Below are positions 20,650 through 31,464 of a DNA stretch of 64,000 nucleotides, piece by piece (the first letter of the stretch is position 1; each line of letters opens with the position of its first letter). The stretch is from an uncultured Pelagibacteraceae bacterium (GTDB lineage: Bacteria; Pseudomonadota; Alphaproteobacteria; Pelagibacterales; Pelagibacteraceae): contig CACCFV010000002.1 of assembly GCA_902544985.1 (NCBI GenBank), positions 17,177-81,176 on the forward strand, in the 5' to 3' direction. The notes below the pieces were generated by a model that was not told where the DNA came from, did no database searches, and saw only the letters and a list, made by a program, of their open reading frames with translations. The translations under genes were made by a program, and so were the position numbers.

Positions 20650-22464
20650 TTAGTGTTGTTTGCCAAGGATCGATTTACCAGCTGGTACACGAACCTCATC
20701 AACCATTTTCTGCGTTGCAGCGTTTGGTGCTTGAGTCATTAAACTCACTACAACCATAGCTACTAAGCTGACAGCTGAACCAAAGATACCAAACGTTAAC
20801 TGAGTAATTCCTAAGAATCCACTTCCGCCTGTTCTTACCCAAACTAGGTAAGCAGCACCAGAAACTAATCCTAAGAACATACCAGCTATAGCACCTTCTT
20901 TGTTAGCTCTCTTCCACCATACACCAAGTACAAGCGGGAAGAATAGTCCTGACATCGCAAAGTCAAAAGCCCAGATTACTGAACCTAAGATACCTTGGAT
21001 CTCAAGAGCTGCGATCGTTGCTCCTGCAAAACCAATTACTACAAGTAATACCCTTGCAACAACTAGTCTCTTCGCAGTCTCTGCTTTTGGGTCGATGATC
21101 TTATAGTAAACATCGTGTGAGATTGCGTTTGCAATTGCTAAAATCAAACCATCAGCTGTTGACATGGCAGCAGCCATACCTCCAGCAGCAACCAGACCTG
21201 AGATTACATATGGTAATCCAGCTATTTCTGGAGTTGCTAACACTACGGCTTTACCACCCATGAAAAACTCGTTTAATTCAAGAGTTCCATTTCCGTTAAA
21301 GTCGCTTACAAACATTAAGTTTGCTTGGTTCCAGTTTTGATACCAATCTATCGATTGAACTTCAGCTATTGATTTACCGATAATACCTGTTGGTAGTGAC
21401 GGATCAATCAATGACAACTTAGATAGTGTCGCTAACATTGGAGCAGAAGAATAAAGTAGGAAGATAAAGAATAATGACCAACCTACTGATTTTCTAGCTG
21501 CTTTTACGCTTGGAGTAGTAAAATATCTCATCATAACGTGAGGCAATGAAGCTGTTCCCATCATCATCGCTAACGCTAATGAAATAAATGCCCAAGGTGT
21601 TGCGTTCACCGCTGAGTGAGCTTTAGTTATTCCAGCCAAACCTTTTGGAACTTCTTTTAGATTTTCAGCAGAGTTTTTAACAAAACCAAACTGAGCCTCT
21701 AATTCAGCTATTCTAGAAACTTCATCAGCTAACATGAAGTGAGGGAAGAAACCCGCACCCATTTTGTTACTGATCCAGAATACTGGTAATAAGTAAGCTA
21801 TGATTAGTACGATATATTGAGCTACCTGTGTCCAAGTTACCCCTCTCATACCACCAAGCATTGAACAAAGTAAAATACTTATAAGTCCAACGTATACAGC
21901 GTATTGGAATGGAATATCAAGTGCAACAGATGCAATTGTACCTGTGGCGTTAATTTGTGCAGTCACATAAGTAAATGAAGCAACAGTTAAAACTACTACC
22001 GCCATAAATCTACTTAAATTACCACCGTATCTTGTACCAATAAAATCTGGAACTGTGTAACAGCCAAATTTTCTTAAGTATGGTGCTAATAGTGATGCAA
22101 CTAATACATATCCACCAGTCCAACCTACAAGTAGTGCCATATAACCGTAACCCTTAAAGTAAATACCACCTGCCATTGCAACGAATGATGCACCAGACAT
22201 CCAGTCTGCTGCTGTCGCCATTCCGTTGAAAACGGTTGGTACTTGTCTTCCAGCTACGTAATACGCATCAGCTTGTGCTGTACGTGATAGATAACCAATT
22301 ATAGCATAGATGGCTACCGTGAAGGCAACGAAACAAATACCAATTGTTTTCGCTGTCATACCCATCTGCTCGGCAATTGACATAATGATTATGAAAGCTA
22401 AAAAACCACCTGTATAGATTCCATAAACCTTAGGTAAATTGTCTATAAAATTACCTTTAATCAT
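20650..22464 (-). CDS. actP: Sodium:solute symporter, ActP/VC_2705 subfamily (probable acetate/monocarboxylate uptake)
   Basis: YYVAGR, NGMATAADWMSGASF, GTASLPHVMMRYFT, AAAMSTADG; next to a DUF4212 partner and acs. Confidence 0.88.
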   Translation of the reverse strand: MIKGNFIDNLPKVYGIYTGGFLAFIIIMSIAEQMGMTAKTIGICFVAFTVAIYAIIGYLSRTAQADAYYVAGRQVPTVFNGMATAADWMSGASFVAMAGGIYFKGYGYMALLVGWTGGYVLVASLLAPYLRKFGCYTVPDFIGTRYGGNLSRFMAVVVLTVASFTYVTAQINATGTIASVALDIPFQYAVYVGLISILLCSMLGGMRGVTWTQVAQYIVLIIAYLLPVFWISNKMGAGFFPHFMLADEVSRIAELEAQFGFVKNSAENLKEVPKGLAGITKAHSAVNATPWAFISLALAMMMGTASLPHVMMRYFTTPSVKAARKSVGWSLFFIFLLYSSAPMLATLSKLSLIDPSLPTGIIGKSIAEVQSIDWYQNWNQANLMFVSDFNGNGTLELNEFFMGGKAVVLATPEIAGLPYVISGLVAAGGMAAAMSTADGLILAIANAISHDVYYKIIDPKAETAKRLVVARVLLVVIGFAGATIAALEIQGILGSVIWAFDFAMSGLFFPLVLGVWWKRANKEGAIAGMFLGLVSGAAYLVWVRTGGSGFLGITQLTFGIFGSAVSLVAMVVVSLMTQAPNAATQKMVDEVRVPAGKSILGKQH

Positions 22465-22724
22465 TAGTCATCTCCTCTTTCAGTGAAGCCGAACTCTTCA
22501 TCAATTTTTTCTTGTCTATTCGCAAACCAGAAAATTAGTATCACGAAAATTCCAAGAGAACCTTGACATGTGAACCAATAAGTTAACGGATAACCAAATG
22601 GTCCCGTAACTTCGTTCATTTCAGCCCCGAATAGGAAGATGCCAATTGAGAAAACGAACCAAATTGCTAACGTCATCATTAGCAAACCCTTGGATTTTTC
22701 CCAGTGTTGTTCTTGTTTTGACAT
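22464..22724 (-). CDS. Sodium/substrate symporter small subunit (DUF4212)
   Basis: Two TMs, FGYPLTYWFTCQGS, IDEEFG; strong SD; 1-nt overlap with the symporter. Confidence 0.88.
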   Translation of the reverse strand: MSKQEQHWEKSKGLLMMTLAIWFVFSIGIFLFGAEMNEVTGPFGYPLTYWFTCQGSLGIFVILIFWFANRQEKIDEEFGFTERGDD

Positions 22725-22850
22725 TTATACCTCTCTCTTTTTAGTTATAACTGGCGAAAACCATAACCATTATGAAATAGATTTAAAGTGTTAAAATTGG
22801 TAAATTTGCTAGCCTTTTCTGGTTATAAGTGTCAAAAATAGGGCTTTTTT

Positions 22851-23474
22851 ATGGGGAAATACAAATTAACTTGGAGAGACTTAACTTGGCATGATTTTAA
22901 GACTTATCTTTTTGCCATGTTCAAAGCTTTCATCCCCAAGGGAAAAATTAGCAATTTGGATGAACTTGAAACTTTTATTCAAACAAAATCTGCCTGGGTC
23001 AGTCAGGTCACTCTTTATGGCTATCTTAAAACGAGGATGGGTACTAGGTACGTTCTTCATTTTGAGAATGATACTTTTATGGACTCAGTAAATTTGGCCA
23101 AGTGGAATATTTATGCAGTTGCTCTTCAAGATCTTACATTGTTTACATTTTCAAAATTGAAAGTGAATTTTAATTACCAAGACACCGAGAAAGCAAAAGA
23201 AATTTTTTTAAAAATTTTAGATGATGAAACTTCAAATAAGATGCCAATTGATATCATCGAAAATGCAAAAAAAAGTTTTGATGAAAGAATACAAAATATT
23301 AATTGGGATGATCATCACAATGATTTACCTTTTAATTCTAGCGCTTTATCATTATATAAGTGGGCACCAATCGCAGAAGATTTAAAAACTTTAGATCGTA
23401 AAATAGTTTTAAACTCAGTGATTTTAAAATGGGATGTTGTAAAAAAAGAATTTAATGAAAGAATAAAATTTTAG
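22851..23474 (+). CDS. Conserved hypothetical protein of the acs-actP neighbourhood
   Basis: 207-aa ORF filling the gap; conserved-looking [16 protein letters not shown]; no catalytic motif recognised. Confidence 0.7.
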   Translation: MGKYKLTWRDLTWHDFKTYLFAMFKAFIPKGKISNLDELETFIQTKSAWVSQVTLYGYLKTRMGTRYVLHFENDTFMDSVNLAKWNIYAVALQDLTLFTFSKLKVNFNYQDTEKAKEIFLKILDDETSNKMPIDIIENAKKSFDERIQNINWDDHHNDLPFNSSALSLYKWAPIAEDLKTLDRKIVLNSVILKWDVVKKEFNERIKF

Positions 23475-25558
23475 ATATTTTTTCTATTTTCAACTAAGCT
23501 ATCGACTACACTGGGATCAGCAAGAGTAGTTGTATCACCTAGTTGTCCATGCTCGTTTGCTGCGATCTTTCGCAAAATTCTTCTCATAATTTTTCCAGAT
23601 CTAGTTTTTGGAAGTCCAGGTGTAAAATGAATTAGGTCTGGAGTTGCTAGAGGGCCAATCTGTTTTCTAACCCAAAGTTTTAATTCTCTATCTAAATCTC
23701 CAGTTTCACTTTCACCAGCATTTAAAGTAACATAACAGTACAACCCATTTCCTTTGATATCATGGGGATATCCAACCACTGCCGCTTCGGCTACTTTAGG
23801 ATGTGCTACAAATGCGCTTTCAATTTCAGCAGTACCAAGATTATGACCAGAAACAATAATCACATCATCAACTCTACCAGTTATCCAATAGTAACCATCT
23901 TTATCTCTTTTACATCCATCTCCGGTGAAGTATTTCCCATCAAATTGAGAAAAATATGTATCAATAAATCTTTGATGATCACCGTATACTGTTCTCATTT
24001 GACCAGGCCAAGATTGAGCAATACAAAGTCTACCTTCACCTTCACCTTTTATTTCTTTGCCATCCTTATTAACCAATACTGGTTTTATTCCATAAAAAGG
24101 TTTTGTTGCTGATCCAGGTTTAAGTGGAATGGCTCCAGTTTGTGGTGCTATTAAAATTCCTCCTGTTTCAGTCTGCCACCATGTATCGACTATTGGGCAC
24201 TTTGAATTTCCAACAGTTTTATAATACCACATCCATGCTTCTGGATTTATAGGTTCTCCAACAGTTCCTAGTAGTTTTAAAGATTTTCTTGAAGTTTTAT
24301 TAACTGGACCATTACCTTCTCTCATTAAGGCCCTTATGGCTGTTGGTGCAGTATAAAAAGTATTTACTTTGTATTTATCTACTATCTGCCACCATCTCGA
24401 GCTATCTGGATAATTTGGAACACCTTCAAACATAATAGTAGTAGCACCATTTGCTAACGGCCCATAAATTATATAACTATGACCTGTGACCCACCCAATA
24501 TCTGCTGTGCACCAATAAATATCATTTGGTTTATAATTAAAAATATATTGATGAGTCATGGAAGCATAAACCATATATCCCCCAGTGGTATGCAAAACTC
24601 CTTTCGGTTTTCCTGTTGATCCAGATGTATAAAGAATAAACAAAGGATCTTCTGCACTCATCTCTTCAGGTTCACAATGATTTGGCACGTCTTTAATTAA
24701 GTCGTGATACCAAACATCTCTACCTTGATCCCAGTACACGTAATTACCAGTTCTCTTTACTACAATACATTTTTTAACATCTGGACAATTAGATAAAGCT
24801 TCATCTGTCGTAGCTTTTAAAGGAATAGTTTTACCTCCTCTTACTCCTTCATCAGCTGTAATTATGTATTCGGATTTACAATCATTAACTCTTCCCGAAA
24901 TTGATTCTGCAGAGAAACCACCAAAAATTATTGAGTGTACGGCACCTATCCTTGCACAAGCCAACATCAAGATCGCCAATTCAGGTATCATCGTCAGATA
25001 AATAGTAACACGATCACCTTTTTGTATTCCAAGTTTTTTAAGACCATTTGCAGCCTTTGAAACCTTTTGATGTAATTGTTTATAAGAAATTTTTTGAGTG
25101 TCTTTAGGATCATCTCCTACCCAAATAATTGCAGTTTTGTCTTTTTTATCTTTTAAATGACGATCAATGCAATTAGCAGATGCATTTAAAGTGCCATCTT
25201 CAAACCATTTAATTCTTACTTCGTCTTTACTATATTTAACATCTTTAATTTTTTTGTAAGGTTTTATCCAAGTAATTCTCTTTCCTTCCTTTTTCCAAAA
25301 TGAATTATTATTTTTAATAGAATCAGAATATTTTTTTTGATACTGAGTTTTATTTGCTAAACTTCTTTTCACCCATTCAGGTTTAGTTTTAATAATTTGC
25401 TCATTAGATGATATTTTATCAATATTTTTCTTTTTAGATCTTTTGATAGAAGTTCTTTTAGTTTTTGAAATTCTTTTTATTTTTCTTCTTTTTTTAGAAG
25501 ATTTTTTTTTCTTTATTTTTTTAACTTTTTTCTTTTTTGATTTCTTTTTTTTTGGCAT
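23471..25558 (-). CDS. acs: Acetyl-CoA synthetase with a Lys/Arg-rich N-terminal extension
   Basis: [45 protein letters not shown]. Confidence 0.97.
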   Translation of the reverse strand: MPKKKKSKKKKVKKIKKKKSSKKRRKIKRISKTKRTSIKRSKKKNIDKISSNEQIIKTKPEWVKRSLANKTQYQKKYSDSIKNNNSFWKKEGKRITWIKPYKKIKDVKYSKDEVRIKWFEDGTLNASANCIDRHLKDKKDKTAIIWVGDDPKDTQKISYKQLHQKVSKAANGLKKLGIQKGDRVTIYLTMIPELAILMLACARIGAVHSIIFGGFSAESISGRVNDCKSEYIITADEGVRGGKTIPLKATTDEALSNCPDVKKCIVVKRTGNYVYWDQGRDVWYHDLIKDVPNHCEPEEMSAEDPLFILYTSGSTGKPKGVLHTTGGYMVYASMTHQYIFNYKPNDIYWCTADIGWVTGHSYIIYGPLANGATTIMFEGVPNYPDSSRWWQIVDKYKVNTFYTAPTAIRALMREGNGPVNKTSRKSLKLLGTVGEPINPEAWMWYYKTVGNSKCPIVDTWWQTETGGILIAPQTGAIPLKPGSATKPFYGIKPVLVNKDGKEIKGEGEGRLCIAQSWPGQMRTVYGDHQRFIDTYFSQFDGKYFTGDGCKRDKDGYYWITGRVDDVIIVSGHNLGTAEIESAFVAHPKVAEAAVVGYPHDIKGNGLYCYVTLNAGESETGDLDRELKLWVRKQIGPLATPDLIHFTPGLPKTRSGKIMRRILRKIAANEHGQLGDTTTLADPSVVDSLVENRKNI

Positions 25559-25566
25559 ATTTTTTT

Positions 25567-25980
25567 TTAATATTTACTCATTTTATTTAAAAGCTTCCAG
25601 CTTTTAGAGTCAATAGGCATTACAGATAATCTACTTTGTTTAATTAAAGATAAATGGCTTAAATCCTTGTTTTTTTTTATCTCATTTAAAGATACAGGAT
25701 TATCAAGTTTTTTCAAAAATTTAACAGTCACTGCAACAAATCTTCCTGATTTGTCTGTTTTATCAATGTAATGTTCTTTAACAACTTCTACAATTCCTAC
25801 AATTTCTTTTCCAATATTTGAGTGATAAAAAAAACATTGATCACCCTTTTTCATAGTTTTTAAATTCTTTGCTGCTTGATAGTTTCTTACACCATCCCAA
25901 GGCACACCTTTTACACCAGCTTTTTTTTGCTGATCAATTGACCAAACATCAGGTTCTGATTTAAGTAACCAATATTGCAT
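25567..25980 (-). CDS. EVE domain protein
   Basis: [29 protein letters not shown]. Confidence 0.95.
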   Translation of the reverse strand: MQYWLLKSEPDVWSIDQQKKAGVKGVPWDGVRNYQAAKNLKTMKKGDQCFFYHSNIGKEIVGIVEVVKEHYIDKTDKSGRFVAVTVKFLKKLDNPVSLNEIKKNKDLSHLSLIKQSRLSVMPIDSKSWKLLNKMSKY

Positions 25981-27053
25981 TATAATTTTACTCCTGCTCC
26001 CTTTAAAGAATTAGCGTTTTCATCTAATGGCCATCTTGGTTTTGCTGGATAATTTAAATGATTGAATTGTTTTAATTTAAATTTTTCTAAACCTACGATT
26101 CCTATCATTGCAGCATTATCACCACAGAGTTCTATTGGAGGAAATATGCTTTCATAACTTTTTTCTTTACATAGATTAATTAACATTGATCTAATTTTTT
26201 TGTTAGCTGCAACACCACCAGCGACAACAAAAATTTTTTTTTTCAAGTTATTTTGTTTTTCGAACTCTAAAAAAGCAATTTTTGTTTTCTTATAGAGGAT
26301 TTCTATTATAGTTTTTTGAAAAGAAGCTGCCAAATCAAATCTATCTTGTTCTGTTTTTATTTTTTTTGATATTTTTAAGACAGCTGTCTTCAAACCGGCA
26401 AAAGACAGATTGCACCCCCCTCTATTAATAATTGGTTTTGGCAGCTCATATCTTTCAGGATTTCCTTTATCAGCAAAAACTTCAATTTTGGGTCCTCCTG
26501 GAAATTCTATCCCTAATAATTTTGCAGTTTTATCAAATGCTTCTCCTAAAGCATCATCTATGGTCGTGCCTAATCTTTTGTAATTTCCAAGTCCTTGAAC
26601 ATTTAAAAATTGAGAATGTCCACCTGAAATTAACAAAAATAAATATGGATAATCTAATCCTGAATTTAGTCTAGGACTTAAAGCATGACCTTCTAAATGA
26701 TTTACGGCAATAAATGGTTTTTTAATTAAATATGCGAAAGTTTTACCAAAACTTAATCCAACTGATAAACAAACAACTAGTCCCGGTCCGGCTGTGGCAG
26801 CAACTGCATCTATCTCATCTATTTTTTTTCCACTTTTATCTAAAGCCTTTTGAACGATCCAATCAATTTTTTCTAAATGGGATCTTGCAGCAAGTTCAGG
26901 AACTACTCCCCCAAATTTTTTATGCACTTCCGTTTGGCTAGAAATAACATTAGAGAGAATTATCGGTATTCCTTGATCATTTTCCGAAATTAAAGATGCT
27001 GCAGTTTCATCGCAGCTGGTTTCTATTCCAAGAATAAGGGGTTTTTTATTCAT
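25980..27053 (-). CDS. tsaD: tRNA N6-adenosine threonylcarbamoyltransferase
   Basis: LGIETSCDET, GGVVPELAAR, NHLEGH, SGGHS, DDALGEAFDK, DNAAMI. Confidence 0.97.
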   Translation of the reverse strand: MNKKPLILGIETSCDETAASLISENDQGIPIILSNVISSQTEVHKKFGGVVPELAARSHLEKIDWIVQKALDKSGKKIDEIDAVAATAGPGLVVCLSVGLSFGKTFAYLIKKPFIAVNHLEGHALSPRLNSGLDYPYLFLLISGGHSQFLNVQGLGNYKRLGTTIDDALGEAFDKTAKLLGIEFPGGPKIEVFADKGNPERYELPKPIINRGGCNLSFAGLKTAVLKISKKIKTEQDRFDLAASFQKTIIEILYKKTKIAFLEFEKQNNLKKKIFVVAGGVAANKKIRSMLINLCKEKSYESIFPPIELCGDNAAMIGIVGLEKFKLKQFNHLNYPAKPRWPLDENANSLKGAGVKL

Positions 27054-27108
27054 TCAAATAGTTTTTAATAATTGTACAATCCCAATACAAGTAAGAAATA
27101 ATTTTTTT

Positions 27109-28026
27109 ATGAAAAAGAAAATAAAAATTGGATCTCGAGGAAGTAAACTAGCATTGTTATATGCTCAAAAAGTAAAAGAGAAAATTATTGAGATAACTGA
27201 TTTTATTGATCTGGATATAAATATTGAAAAAATTTCTACTAAAGGTGATGAGATACAAGATATAAGATTGTCTGATGTTGGTGGCAAAGGTTTGTTTTCA
27301 AGTAGAATTGAACAGGAACTTCAAAACAATAATATTGATATAGCTGTTCATGCGCTTAAAGACATGCCAGCAATTGAGACTAAGGGTCTTTTAACAGATA
27401 CATTTCTTGAAAGAACCGATGCTAGAGAAATTATAATAATTAATGGGAAGAAAAAATTTAAAGACTTAAAACAAAATGCTGTTATTGGAACATCTTCTTA
27501 TAGACGTCAATTTCAAATTAAAAAAATTAGACCAGATGTTACTTGTAAACTTATAAGAGGGAACGTTGATACTAGAATAAAAAAATTAATGGATGGCGAG
27601 TACGATGCAATTATTTTATCTTATGCTGGAGTAAAATATTTGAAATTAGAAGATAAAATTTCTAAAATCTTTTCTATTGAAGAAATAATTCCAAGTGCAG
27701 GTCAAGGTATAATTGCTATACAGTGCAGAGAAAATGATAAAGATATAATTTCAATGTTAGAAAAAATTAATCATCAAGAGACTTATAAAAGAGCTCATGC
27801 TGAGAGAAATATTCTAAAAATTTTAGAAGGAGATTGCGAAACGGCCATTGGTATTCATTCTAAAATAGATGAAAATAGAATTACAGTCGAAGCAGAGCTT
27901 TTTTCATTAGATGGCTCACAAAGATTTTATGAAAAAAAATCTGACAGTTCAGAAAATTTTAGAGAACTTGGAAATGAAATAGGTCAAATTTTAAAAATAA
28001 AATCGAATAACTCTTATAAGAAATAA
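27109..28026 (+). CDS. hemC: Porphobilinogen deaminase
   Basis: IGSRGSKLA, GGKGLF, IAVHALKD, GTSSYRR, IRGNVDTRI, EGDC. Confidence 0.96.
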   Translation: MKKKIKIGSRGSKLALLYAQKVKEKIIEITDFIDLDINIEKISTKGDEIQDIRLSDVGGKGLFSSRIEQELQNNNIDIAVHALKDMPAIETKGLLTDTFLERTDAREIIIINGKKKFKDLKQNAVIGTSSYRRQFQIKKIRPDVTCKLIRGNVDTRIKKLMDGEYDAIILSYAGVKYLKLEDKISKIFSIEEIIPSAGQGIIAIQCRENDKDIISMLEKINHQETYKRAHAERNILKILEGDCETAIGIHSKIDENRITVEAELFSLDGSQRFYEKKSDSSENFRELGNEIGQILKIKSNNSYKK

Positions 28027-28027
28027 A

Positions 28028-28726
28028 ATGCATATCTTATTAACCAGACCTCTGGAAGATTGTTCTGAAATGATCATTAAGTTTCAGTCTCTTGGTCATA
28101 AAGTTTCACATCTACCTTTATTATCTATTAAAAAAATTCTTCATGAAAAAATAAATCTTTCAGAATTTAAAGGTATTATTTTTACAAGCTCTAATGCAGT
28201 AAGATTTTTAAATTTAAATGGGTTAGATAAAAACATAAAATGTTTTTGTGTAGGAAATGCAACAGAAAAAGAAGCAAGAGCTCAAGGTTTCTCTAATACA
28301 ATTGCTGCAGAAGGAAATGTTCTTAATTTAAAAGAATTAATATTACAGAATTTTGATAAGACAGAAGGTAAATTAATTTATGTAAGTGGAGAAAACATTT
28401 CTGTGGATCTTGATAATCAACTTCGAAATGAAGGATATGATATAAAAAGAATAATAAATTATGAAACTGTACATAATGAAAAATTTGACGATGATTTTAT
28501 CAACAGGTTAAAACTTGATATGCCTGATATGGTTTATGTTTATTCTCAAAATAGTGCATCTAGTCTTTTAAAGTTTATAAAACTTAATCAACTCGAGGGT
28601 CTTTGGATGAGTACTAATTTGATGTGTATAGGTGAAAAAACATCAGCTAAATTAAATGAAATTAAGTGGAAAAAGATATTTCTTTTTAATCCTGGAGAAG
28701 AGGAATTTTTGTTATATAAAATTTAA
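28028..28726 (+). CDS. hemD: Uroporphyrinogen-III synthase
   Basis: ILLTRP, IFTSSNAV, CVGNATE; follows hemC. Confidence 0.9.
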   Translation: MHILLTRPLEDCSEMIIKFQSLGHKVSHLPLLSIKKILHEKINLSEFKGIIFTSSNAVRFLNLNGLDKNIKCFCVGNATEKEARAQGFSNTIAAEGNVLNLKELILQNFDKTEGKLIYVSGENISVDLDNQLRNEGYDIKRIINYETVHNEKFDDDFINRLKLDMPDMVYVYSQNSASSLLKFIKLNQLEGLWMSTNLMCIGEKTSAKLNEIKWKKIFLFNPGEEEFLLYKI

Positions 28727-28728
28727 CT

Positions 28729-29814
28729 ATGGAAATAATAAATAATTTTTCTGAAGTCTTTTTATCAGTATGGAATAGAGGGATATTAGGTGTAGATATT
28801 TTTCAAATACTAATTGGTATTGGAATATTTTTGATATTTTTAATATTTAGAGGATTGATTAGTAAACTTATTATCAAAAAATTAGAAATAATTTCCAAAA
28901 GAACAACTAATAAATTAGACGACACTTTTGTTTCTGCATTAATAGGACCTGCAAGATTTTTACCAATTGTCTTGGGTTTTTTTATAGCAAGTTATTATAT
29001 GACTTTTTCAATAGAAGGTAGAGAAGTTGTCGACACAATAAATAGAACTTTGATAACAATTTTAATTTTTTGGGTGATACATCAAATTATCGAACCTGTG
29101 TCTTATATTTTAAGTGGACTTGATAAGCTTTTAACAAGAGAGTTGATTGGGTGGATCATTAAATCCTTAAAAATACTTATTTTTATTTTAGGTCTAGCTG
29201 CGGTCTTAGAATTGTGGGGAATAAAGATAGGACCAATTATTGCAGGTCTTGGTTTATTTGGTGTTGCAGTAGCTTTAGGTGCTCAAGATTTATTTAAAAA
29301 TTTGATTTCAGGTATTTTAGTTTTAGTTGAAAAAAGATTTAAAATCGGTGATTGGATACTAGTAGAAGGGATTATAGAGGGCATTGTTGAAAAAATTGGG
29401 TTTAGATCAACAACAATCAGAAAGTTTGATAAATCACTAGCAATTATTCCTAACTTTCAATTTGCTGAAAATGCAGTTGTAAATGTAAGCGAAACTTCAA
29501 ATTGGCTAATAAGTTGGATTATAACTCTTCAATATGACACAACGGTTGATCAATTAAAAACTATAAGAAATGAAATTGAGGATCACATTCAAAAAAGTGA
29601 AGACTTTAACACAAGCATAGGAATTGCTGTGAGAGTTGATAAATTTTCAGATAGTTCAATTGATATGTATGTTCGTTGTTTTACTAAATCAGATAGTTGG
29701 AATGAGTGGTTATCAGTAAAAGAGAAATTGGCAATTGAAATAAAAAAGATTGTTGAAAAAAATAAGGCATCTTTTGCATTCCCTAGTTCTTCTATTTACA
29801 TAGAAAAAAAATGA
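28729..29814 (+). CDS. Small-conductance mechanosensitive channel (MscS family)
   Basis: AGLGLFGVAVALGAQD, FKIGDWI, GIVEKIGFRSTTIR, FAFPS. Confidence 0.93.
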   Translation: MEIINNFSEVFLSVWNRGILGVDIFQILIGIGIFLIFLIFRGLISKLIIKKLEIISKRTTNKLDDTFVSALIGPARFLPIVLGFFIASYYMTFSIEGREVVDTINRTLITILIFWVIHQIIEPVSYILSGLDKLLTRELIGWIIKSLKILIFILGLAAVLELWGIKIGPIIAGLGLFGVAVALGAQDLFKNLISGILVLVEKRFKIGDWILVEGIIEGIVEKIGFRSTTIRKFDKSLAIIPNFQFAENAVVNVSETSNWLISWIITLQYDTTVDQLKTIRNEIEDHIQKSEDFNTSIGIAVRVDKFSDSSIDMYVRCFTKSDSWNEWLSVKEKLAIEIKKIVEKNKASFAFPSSSIYIEKK

Positions 29815-30101
29815 TAGCTATTTTTTATTTAGCTTTACAAATATTAAAGCTTTATTCTTACGTAGTAATAGCAAATGTAATTGTAAGCTGGTTAGTTGCC
29901 TTTAATGTTTTAAATACACAAAATAGATTTGTTTATTCAATTTTAGAATTAACATATCGTCTAACAGATCCTATACTTAATAAAATTAGACGTTTTTTAC
30001 CTAATTTAGGATCCTTAGATATCTCACCCATTATATTACTTCTATTGATTTGGTTTATAGAAATGTGTATGAAGCTCTACATCGCACCATTGATATTTTA
30101 A
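29811..30101 (+). CDS. yggT: YggT family membrane protein
   Basis: SWLVAFNVLN, LTDPIL..IRRFLP..GSLDISPI. Confidence 0.9.
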   Translation: MIAIFYLALQILKLYSYVVIANVIVSWLVAFNVLNTQNRFVYSILELTYRLTDPILNKIRRFLPNLGSLDISPIILLLLIWFIEMCMKLYIAPLIF

Positions 30102-30106
30102 AACTT

Positions 30107-30952
30107 ATGATTTTAATCGACGGAAAAAAAGCAGCAGCTGAATTAAGAGAAGAACTCAAGCAAGAAGTGACTGAGTTAAAAAACAAATTTAATAAAGTAC
30201 CAGGTTTAACAGTTATTTTGATTGGAGATCTTACACCTAGTCAAATATATGTAAGAAATAAAGAAAAATCAGCAAAAGAGGTTGGTCTAAAGTCAGAGGT
30301 TATTAAATATCCAGACTCTGTGGAAGAAAAAGTTATTTTGGACAAGATTAATGATCTAAATAAAGATAAGAGCGTTTCAGGAATTTTAGTTCAGCTACCT
30401 CTGCCAAAACATATAGATAAACAAAAAATTATTGAGGCAATCCATCCATCCAAAGACGTTGATGGATTTCATCCTATGAATGTTGGAAACCTTTCTTCAG
30501 GTTATGAAAGTTCTGTGCCGTGCACTCCTTTAGGATGTTATCTTTTAATTAAAAAAATTGAGCCAAACCTAAGTGGAAAAAAAGCTGTTGTAGTTGGAAG
30601 ATCTAATCTAAATGGAAAACCAATGACACAACTTCTTTTGAAAGAAAATTGCACGGTAACAATTACCCATTCAAAAACAAAAGATCTCAAGGCCGAATGT
30701 TTAGAAGCAGATATTATTATTGCAGCAGTCGGTATTCCTGAGCTTGTAAAAGGAGATTGGGTTAAAAAAGATACAATTGTAATTGATGTTGGAATTAATA
30801 AAACCGATAAAGGTATTGTTGGCGATGTTGCTTTTGATGAAGTTTCAAAAAATGCCAAAGCTTTAACACCTGTTCCAGGTGGAGTAGGTCCAATGACAAT
30901 CGCTTGTTTATTAAAAAATACTGTAGAGTGTTTCAAAAGATCGCAACTTTAG
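30107..30952 (+). CDS. folD: Methylenetetrahydrofolate dehydrogenase/cyclohydrolase
   Basis: IDGK, YVRNK, GILVQLPLP, KDVDGFHP, PCTPLG, TPVPGGVGPMT; start taken at ATG 30107. Confidence 0.97.
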   Translation: MILIDGKKAAAELREELKQEVTELKNKFNKVPGLTVILIGDLTPSQIYVRNKEKSAKEVGLKSEVIKYPDSVEEKVILDKINDLNKDKSVSGILVQLPLPKHIDKQKIIEAIHPSKDVDGFHPMNVGNLSSGYESSVPCTPLGCYLLIKKIEPNLSGKKAVVVGRSNLNGKPMTQLLLKENCTVTITHSKTKDLKAECLEADIIIAAVGIPELVKGDWVKKDTIVIDVGINKTDKGIVGDVAFDEVSKNAKALTPVPGGVGPMTIACLLKNTVECFKRSQL

Positions 30953-30989
30953 CATTATAATCCACATAATTTTTTTGTTAGTTTAGGTT

Positions 30990-31193
30990 GTGAAAAAACC
31001 AAAGTATCCATATAGAATTGCCATTCTATTATTAATCTTAACAGTTCCTCCAATTGGAGCCACTCAATTAGGCTGGTATTTACATGATCAACAAACAGGG
31101 TTTGATTATGGTATGATAGTAGGTACATTTTCAGTAATATATGCCGCGTGGCTTATGTATGAAAAAAATTGGAGAGAAGAGGATGATGATTAA
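30990..31193 (+). CDS. Hypothetical two-TM membrane protein
   Basis: 67 aa, GTG start, two hydrophobic segments, acidic tail; fills the gap. Confidence 0.6.
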   Translation: MKKPKYPYRIAILLLILTVPPIGATQLGWYLHDQQTGFDYGMIVGTFSVIYAAWLMYEKNWREEDDD

Positions 31194-31196
31194 GTA

Positions 31197-31463
31197 ATGG
31201 AAAAATTAATTTTCTTTGGACTAGTAATCCCTATTTTATTTTTTGTTTTGTACTTAGGCACAAGAGCTGTCATGAGTGGCGTTAGTGCAAAACAAGCCAA
31301 TCGAGACAACAAAGATGGGAAAGAAATAGACGAAAATGCTGAGGAGTCAAACATTGATAAATCTTTAAGTGAGGAGTTAGAAAAACTTAATGCGTTAAGA
31401 GAAAGCGGTGTATTAACTCAAGATGAATTTGAAAAAGCAAAAAATAAATTATTAAACAATTAA
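31197..31463 (+). CDS. SHOCT domain membrane protein
   Basis: N-terminal TM; C-terminal EELEKLNALRESGVLTQDEFEKAKNKLL matches SHOCT. Confidence 0.85.
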   Translation: MEKLIFFGLVIPILFFVLYLGTRAVMSGVSAKQANRDNKDGKEIDENAEESNIDKSLSEELEKLNALRESGVLTQDEFEKAKNKLLNN

Positions 31464-31464
31464 A

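Noticed and set aside
30957-30968. DnaA-box-like TAATCCACA, and a parS-like TTTCATGTGAA in dapF near 62616
   Set aside because: Isolated, mismatched and expected by chance in AT-rich DNA.
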